12,483 nucleotides of DNA, from NCBI GenBank assembly GCA_046757525.1, contig JBHHYI010000122.1, forward strand, positions 1 through 12,483, given 5' to 3'. A program made the position numbers and the translations under genes. Positions 7,297-12,483 of this stretch are shown one piece after another (position 1 is the first letter of the stretch; each line of letters starts with the position of its first letter). A model generated the notes under the pieces. That model had not been told where the DNA came from, did no database searches, and saw only the letters and a list, made by a program, of their open reading frames with translations. The stretch is from a bacterium. GTDB taxonomy: Bacteria; Zhuqueibacterota; Zhuqueibacteria; Oceanimicrobiales; Oceanimicrobiaceae.

Positions 7297-7761
7297 ATGC
7301 GAATCACACTAACAATCAATGGCAAGAAAAAACTCTTAGACATTCCTGCCAATCGCACGTTAATCGATCTGTTGCGGGCCCAGAATTTCTGGAGCGTTAA
7401 GCACGGCTGCGAAACCGGCGAGTGCGGCAGTTGCGCAGTCATCGTGAACGGCATGGTGGTGAATTCGTGTATGATGCTGGCTGCACAAGTCGACGGCAAG
7501 TCCATTGAGACCCTGGAGCGCCTGGGCACCGCCGAGGACATCCAGTCTTTGCGGGAAGCCTTCGAGGACTTTGGCACTGTGGAGTGCGGCCATTGTGTGC
7601 CTGGCATGATCATATCGGTCAAAGCACTTCTGGATAAAAACTCTGAACCCACAGAGGGCGAGCTTCGAGAAGCTCTGGCCGGGAACCTCTGTCACTGCAC
7701 TGGCAACGCTAAACCGATTCAGTCTCTGGTAAAATCTGTAAAGAAAATGCTCAACAAATAG
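7297..7761 (+). CDS. [2Fe-2S]-binding (small) subunit, xanthine dehydrogenase/CoxS family
   Basis: GCETGECGSC...NSC and CGHC...GNLCHCTG supply eight Cys ligands. The gene starts 3 nt after the FAD subunit stop. Confidence 0.92.
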   Translation: MRITLTINGKKKLLDIPANRTLIDLLRAQNFWSVKHGCETGECGSCAVIVNGMVVNSCMMLAAQVDGKSIETLERLGTAEDIQSLREAFEDFGTVECGHCVPGMIISVKALLDKNSEPTEGELREALAGNLCHCTGNAKPIQSLVKSVKKMLNK

Positions 7762-7793
7762 ATGCCAATCCTACACGACAGTTCAGTGTAATC

Positions 7794-8177
7794 ATGCCTA
7801 CCAAAAAAGAAATCATCGTGGTTGGAGACCGCGTCCTCATCTCCCTCGATAAGAACCAAAACCGCACTGAGTTTGGTTTGTACTTGCCACCGGGCGTTAA
7901 AGAAAAGGAAAAAGTTCGCGGTGGCTACGTTGTCAAAGTAGGCCCTGGCTATCCCATGCCCGACCTTAACGCAGTCAATGACGAACCGTGGTCCCCGGCT
8001 CCCAAAAGCCGCCACAAATACATTCCCCTCCAGGCCCAAATTGGCGATTATGCCATTTTTCTCAGCGGCTCAGCCGTGGAAATTGAGTTTGAAGGTAAAG
8101 AGTACGTGGTTGTTTCGCAGTCGTCCATTCTGGTATTGGTGCGGGACGAATTCACAGACTTGGAAGTGGAAGATTAA
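7794..8177 (+). CDS. GroES/Cpn10-family co-chaperonin-like protein (long variant)
   Basis: Motifs VVGDRVLI, T..GLYLP, G.VVKVGPG, IGD.AIF and EIEFEGKEYVVVSQSSILV. It is 127 aa, with an insertion after VGPG. Confidence 0.85.
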   Translation: MPTKKEIIVVGDRVLISLDKNQNRTEFGLYLPPGVKEKEKVRGGYVVKVGPGYPMPDLNAVNDEPWSPAPKSRHKYIPLQAQIGDYAIFLSGSAVEIEFEGKEYVVVSQSSILVLVRDEFTDLEVED

Positions 8178-8248
8178 GACGCATTGTTTGCCATCATGAA
8201 GCACACGCAGAAATGTTCGTGCCTAAGAGAGACTTTGACACGTTTAGT

Positions 8249-8290
8249 TTGTATTTTGGCTCAAAATCATTTAGTTTATGGACCATAAAC
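8249..8290 (+). promoter_or_regulatory. Putative promoter with two operator-like inverted repeats
   Basis: TTGTAT (8249-8254), 17 nt, then TAGTTT (8272-8277). Inverted repeats: ATTTTG-gct-CAAAAT (8253-8267) and a perfect GTTTATGG-a-CCATAAAC (8274-8290). Confidence 0.5.
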
Positions 8291-8306
8291 AAAATGGAGT
8301 AAAGCG

Positions 8307-8591
8307 GTGAATGCGACGTCAACAGTACTTAGAGATCTGGGGGTGACCGAAAGGGATGCGATTCGTGAATTTGCCTTGCTCAATGCTTCACAAAGAGCCG
8401 CTGAATTCACCCAAGAGTGTGAGGTTTTTGAAGCAAAATACAACATGTCGTTTCAGCAGTTTGAACAAAAGTTGCAATCACGCGATGAAGAAGTTTTCGA
8501 ACAAGAGGACGACTATCTTAGTTGGAAATTTGCAATCGAGGGGGCAGCCTATTGGCATGAAAAGATCGAGCAATTAAAGCAAGAATCATGA
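8307..8591 (+). CDS. Small acidic helical protein, putative antitoxin-like
   Basis: 94 aa, GTG start with GGAG RBS. The motif FEAKYNMSFQQF...EDDYLSW resembles small proteins seen in putative type II toxin-antitoxin pairs (recognised from memory). Confidence 0.65.
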   Translation: MNATSTVLRDLGVTERDAIREFALLNASQRAAEFTQECEVFEAKYNMSFQQFEQKLQSRDEEVFEQEDDYLSWKFAIEGAAYWHEKIEQLKQES

Positions 8592-9308
8592 TTTCCACAC
8601 CTGTTTACCCCTTAGTTTAACCCCGGGGAAAAATCTCGGCGTGCTCGCGGCATAGGCACGGTAAGCCTCCCCAAACTCCTCCGCCACCATTTGCTCTTCA
8701 CGGCGCGCCAGCCAGACGTAAGCCCCGACTAAGATCGGCCAGAAAATCAAAGTGATCACAGACGGCCAGTGTAAAATCCAGCCAAAAGTAAACAAAAATA
8801 TGCCGGTATATTGTGGGTGACGCAGGTAGCGGTAAATTCCGGTGGTGACCAATCCCTGTGCCTTGTGAATTTTTCGCCAGCCCAAAGCGATAAGCAGCAG
8901 ACCGCTCATGGTGATCCAGGTCCCCAGAATTGGCCCGGCATGGCCCAGGGTTCGATGGGCCCACTCGTGCAGGGACGGCACTTGCACCAGCGGGGAAATC
9001 AAGAAAATCAACAAGGGCCAGCCAAACATTTCGGTCATCAAAGCAATGACAAACGCGATGAAAACGCCTTTCGATTTCCAGGTGCTCATGGTGGAACGGC
9101 GGTAAGGCAGCAGCGCAAGAAAAGCCACCACAATGACGATGTTGAGAGCGATCAGACCACTTCTGCCAAAATGAGCTCGAATCCATTGCACCGTAACGGG
9201 CGGCCCACTGTGATTAAACAGCTCAACAGCATAGATAGCGACGAACAAAAGCAGGGCTGTTAAACCGATCCAGGTAAAGACTTTTTGGTTTGAATTCATT
9301 GAACGCAT
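8586..9308 (-). CDS. Isoprenylcysteine carboxyl methyltransferase (ICMT/PEMT)-family integral membrane protein
   Basis: Several hydrophobic segments plus LVTTGIYRYLRHPQY, RREE and FGEAYRAY...TPRFFP. An alternative start at the second Met is possible. Confidence 0.88.
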   Translation of the reverse strand: MRSMNSNQKVFTWIGLTALLLFVAIYAVELFNHSGPPVTVQWIRAHFGRSGLIALNIVIVVAFLALLPYRRSTMSTWKSKGVFIAFVIALMTEMFGWPLLIFLISPLVQVPSLHEWAHRTLGHAGPILGTWITMSGLLLIALGWRKIHKAQGLVTTGIYRYLRHPQYTGIFLFTFGWILHWPSVITLIFWPILVGAYVWLARREEQMVAEEFGEAYRAYAASTPRFFPGVKLRGKQVWKS

Positions 9309-9342
9309 TTTCCTAAGTAGTAATTGACCGAAACTCCCAAAA

Positions 9343-9461
9343 TGTCATTTCGACGCAGTCCGGCTACTGCCGGACGGAGGAGAAATCTGGTTGCACAAGT
9401 ACTTGGTATCTTGGTGCTTAGCCAGATTTCTCATCAGGCATTCGCCTGATTCGAAATGACA
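9343..9461. repeat. Cruciform palindromic element (REP/MITE-like) with 11-bp perfect terminal inverted repeats
   Basis: TGTCATTTCGA (9343-9353) pairs with TCGAAATGACA (9451-9461). Inner stems: GTCCGGC/GCCGGAC, GAGAAATCTGG/CCAGATTTCTC and ATCAGGC/GCCTGAT. Confidence 0.85.
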
Positions 9462-9526
9462 GTCGTGAGATGAGTTTTCCTTCAAACACTAAGTATCTAA
9501 TTCTGTTCAATCGCAAACGATAGTCC

Positions 9527-11332
9527 TCAGAGACTTGCCACCGCGCTCTTTCTCCCCGCGTTTGCTTTCTTCAAATAATCCAACAAGGGCTGGTAATACT
9601 CCAGCATGGCGCGGGCGCTCAAGTCTTCACCGGTGAGCTCCTTCAATACTTTGCGCCAATCCTTGCTGGCGCCGGGCCGCATGATTTTCTTCAAGAAGTC
9701 GCCGACTTCTTTGTGGCCATAGTAATTGCAATTGTGCGGATCTTGATGCAAAATGTGTTTGGCGATATAATCGTGCAGATGAAATTTCAGCACGCAAGAA
9801 AGGGCGTAGTCATAATATTGCGCCGGATCGTTGTTGATGTGGGTTTTGCTGGCTGCATCGCAGTACTCTTCGCCCCGCGGCGATGGCGGCACGATTCCCT
9901 GGAACTTCTCCACATATTGCCACCAGCGCTGATTGAACTGATCTTTCGGCAAATCCTCTTCGTACAAATCGTGCTCGAAATGAGTCATGGTGCCGGCCGC
10001 AAAAGGAATGAAGACCACGGAGCTGCTGGAGAGGGCGTCGTTCAAGAGCCACTGGGTCTGATCGATCTCAACATCTTTGGCAAGCAGACCCGATTGTTCC
10101 AGGTAAGGCCGCTGAGAGGAGGCAATTGCCATTAAGTCGCCCATGCCCTCGTGGTAACTGCGATTGGCACCGGCGCGCAGAAGCAGTGGCACGTCGGGGT
10201 TGGAATACTCGATGTAGTAGTAAATATGTCCCAACTCGTGGTGCGCGGTCCGGAACCAGCGGTTGTTCGGTTCCACACTCATCAAAGAGCGGTAGTCATC
10301 GGCCAGGTTTAAATGCCAGGCAGAGGCGTGGTTATTCTTCTTGCGTTTGGAACCTGCTGGCACGGGATACAGGTCGGAGCGCTGCCAGAAATTCTCGCTT
10401 AAAGTGTCAAAGCCAATGCTGACGTAAAAATTCTCGGCCTGGCGCACCACCCATTCCTTGGTTTTGTCACGAAATAGATCGTCCAGATTCACTGCTTCCA
10501 CAATGCCGGGCCAATTCTGTCCCCAGCGGTTGGGCAGCCAGTGGGCTGGCAGCTTGCCCGGCACCGGCTGGTGGTAGCGCCTGGCCAACTCGTAGCGCAC
10601 ATACGTGTGGAGCTCTGAATAGAGGGGGCGCAGTTGTTCAACCAACTGATCCATGAGGTCCATCATTTCCGGTACAGTCATGCCATAGTCAGCAACTTCC
10701 AGAGCGAAAAAGGAACTATACCCCATTTCGCGCGCCACTTTGTTGCGCAGTGTCTGCAAATCGGCAAGTCCGTCTTTTAATACCTTGCCCACTTCCTTGC
10801 TGGCTTCCCAGGCGGCCAGACGTTCGTCCAGGTCTCGGGACTCCACCAGGATTCGATCGATTTCATTGGTCGTCACGATCTTAGCCTTGCCTCGTTTGTC
10901 GCGCAGCACGAAATCAAATCCGTAGAGCAAGCTGTTTTGCCTGGTTTCGGCCTGGATTAGCTTGTCGACCACTTCTGGAATGGTGCCAGGCCGGTGGGCC
11001 GCCATCAGGAGTATTTTGTTTAACTGCAAAACTTGCTGCCGCTTGAGTCGGTCCTTTTTCTCGAGCAGCGATTTTGTGTTTTCGATGACCTCCTTGCTGC
11101 CGACAAACTCTGACAGAGCCTTGTCCGCAACTACGCTCAGGCTGTCATGAAGGTCGCTGATGTCGGTGTTGGCCAGCCAGGAAGCCTTGCTGGATTCGTA
11201 ATCCAGACCCTGGTATTTCTTAGTGTAGTTGGCGAGGAAGGCCTCGGCCTCCTTTTGCTCCGGATTGGGGCCACACGCTAACTGCACTAAAAAGACACAG
11301 GCTAAAGCGAGTAGATATCTTTGAGATCTCAT
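9527..11332 (-). CDS. M2-family zinc metallopeptidase (peptidyl-dipeptidase A/ACE-like), probable lipoprotein
   Basis: 601 aa with HHELGHIYY (HExxH), GANRSYHEGMGD (third Zn ligand Glu), HASAW, LPAHWLPNRWGQNW and DAASKTHI. The N-terminal signal has a lipobox-like QLAC. RBS AAGGAG. Confidence 0.93.
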   Translation of the reverse strand: MRSQRYLLALACVFLVQLACGPNPEQKEAEAFLANYTKKYQGLDYESSKASWLANTDISDLHDSLSVVADKALSEFVGSKEVIENTKSLLEKKDRLKRQQVLQLNKILLMAAHRPGTIPEVVDKLIQAETRQNSLLYGFDFVLRDKRGKAKIVTTNEIDRILVESRDLDERLAAWEASKEVGKVLKDGLADLQTLRNKVAREMGYSSFFALEVADYGMTVPEMMDLMDQLVEQLRPLYSELHTYVRYELARRYHQPVPGKLPAHWLPNRWGQNWPGIVEAVNLDDLFRDKTKEWVVRQAENFYVSIGFDTLSENFWQRSDLYPVPAGSKRKKNNHASAWHLNLADDYRSLMSVEPNNRWFRTAHHELGHIYYYIEYSNPDVPLLLRAGANRSYHEGMGDLMAIASSQRPYLEQSGLLAKDVEIDQTQWLLNDALSSSSVVFIPFAAGTMTHFEHDLYEEDLPKDQFNQRWWQYVEKFQGIVPPSPRGEEYCDAASKTHINNDPAQYYDYALSCVLKFHLHDYIAKHILHQDPHNCNYYGHKEVGDFLKKIMRPGASKDWRKVLKELTGEDLSARAMLEYYQPLLDYLKKANAGRKSAVASL

Positions 11333-11488
11333 CAGCTACTCCTTTCTCTAAAAATGGAACTTCTAACAAAAGCTCGCAGCACCGATGGTGACGGAATGAG
11401 GCGAAGTGCACTCACACGCTAATGTTGCCTGGTCAGCAAAGGACGCTTCGGCCGCCGCGACATTGGCGTTACAAAGCGTGAGCGTTTT

Positions 11489-12361
11489 CTACGACTGTCT
11501 GGCACTGAACTTCAACAACTTAGCCGCGAACTCCCACATAACATAAACTTCTACTGCAAAGGGCAAAAAGCCGACAAACCCGATGAGGGGCATTTCAAAT
11601 AGCTTTGGATGCGACAAATAGGGAAAAGTGTAAACCCACTTTGCCGTGGCCCAGTAGTTCCAAAACTCCCACAAAAGTCCGCAAATCAACCCGGCTAAGA
11701 ACAATGAAAGCAATTTGTTCAAGCGGCCGCTTTCCAACTCCCGGAACAGCGATTTTGCCCCGATGAAATAATTCACGGGATCGAGGAAAAAGACAAATCC
11801 CATCCAAACCGGACCGAAAAGAAAGGCCGCAATATTCGCAGGCAAGACAATAGGTAAGACCAGGAAAAGGCAGCCCACCGACATAATCAGAACCAGGGTC
11901 GTCTGTTTAAAAGAAAACGGCTTGACCTTAATTGCGTCAAACAAACCGGTCAGGTCGATCAGCTCACTGGTAAGCAGCACGCCAGGGAAAATGGTGGCAA
12001 ACGCCCAGAAATAACCCCAATAGCGCAAAACCACATTTTGCGGCAGTCCCACGTAGGCCCAATTGTGTAAATGCAGGTTGTAGGCCTCAAATATAAGCCA
12101 ACAGGCCACCGAATAGGGGAGCATGAACAAGAATTGACGTAGGCGATTGGAGATCAGCGAATGGCCCCGCGCCTTGAAGATCAAAGCATCTGCAAACAGA
12201 ATGTAGCCCGACCACATAATGGGTGTAAACCAGCTTTTGACGAATTCACTGTCCCGGACCAACAAATATTCCGCAGCTCCCATCGCCAACAGGCCTACCC
12301 AACCGTACCATTTAAAAGCCTGAGGTGTTAAAGCAACGCTGTTTCTGGAATTCTCAGTCAT
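11489..12361 (-). CDS. Uncharacterised polytopic membrane protein with an internal two-fold repeat
   Basis: 290 aa, about 8 hydrophobic segments, Trp-rich. Repeated motifs WLIFEAYN....NWAY and LLWEFWN....KWVY. AGGA lies upstream of the ATG. Confidence 0.8.
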   Translation of the reverse strand: MTENSRNSVALTPQAFKWYGWVGLLAMGAAEYLLVRDSEFVKSWFTPIMWSGYILFADALIFKARGHSLISNRLRQFLFMLPYSVACWLIFEAYNLHLHNWAYVGLPQNVVLRYWGYFWAFATIFPGVLLTSELIDLTGLFDAIKVKPFSFKQTTLVLIMSVGCLFLVLPIVLPANIAAFLFGPVWMGFVFFLDPVNYFIGAKSLFRELESGRLNKLLSLFLAGLICGLLWEFWNYWATAKWVYTFPYLSHPKLFEMPLIGFVGFLPFAVEVYVMWEFAAKLLKFSARQS

Positions 12362-12483
12362 TTCTTCCTGATCGTAAAGAGGGCATCACCTGAGCGAAAT
12401 GAGAGCACACTGAACGTCCTGAAAACGCCGAACTTAAGCACTGCACAAAACTATAAATTGCGCACCAGCTTTCGCGTCAGGTT

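Noticed and set aside
8235..8240. Perfect TTGACA upstream of the small ORF
   Set aside because: No -10 hexamer at 16-18 nt spacing; the TTGTAT/TAGTTT pair fits better.
9343..9461. tRNA (cloverleaf-like fold)
   Set aside because: Too long, with wrong stem lengths, no correctly placed T-loop or D-loop consensus, no 7-nt anticodon loop and no CCA end.
12405..12414. Single GCACACTGAA matching the repeat-array unit
   Set aside because: An isolated 10-mer with no periodic neighbours, so it could be chance.

Overview
A 12.5-kb bacterial chromosomal window with 11 credible CDSs. The lineage is probably FCB-group-like, inferred only from a Bacteroidota-type long GroES homologue. Left block (- strand): a compact three-gene cassette encoding an AnaB/PltE-type prolyl-carrier-protein dehydrogenase, a stand-alone adenylation enzyme with a proline-type specificity code (DLFYLALVIK) and a carrier protein. 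A 10-bp-periodic repeat array and UDP-GlcNAc 2-epimerase (wecB) follow. No PKS, NRPS, halogenase or thioesterase is visible, so this 'orphan' proline-oxidation module beside a surface-glycan precursor gene is the most interesting item. Central block (+ strand, divergent): an 8-oxoguanine-deaminase-like amidohydrolase that is probably leaderless, FAD and [2Fe-2S] subunits of a xanthine-dehydrogenase-family enzyme with no molybdenum subunit, a GroES-like protein with no groEL, and a small putative orphan antitoxin with operator-like palindromes. Right block (- strand): an internally duplicated membrane protein, an ACE-like M2 lipoprotein peptidase and an ICMT-family methyltransferase, with a four-way cruciform palindromic element between the last two. 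All calls come from reading motifs by eye; no searches were run.
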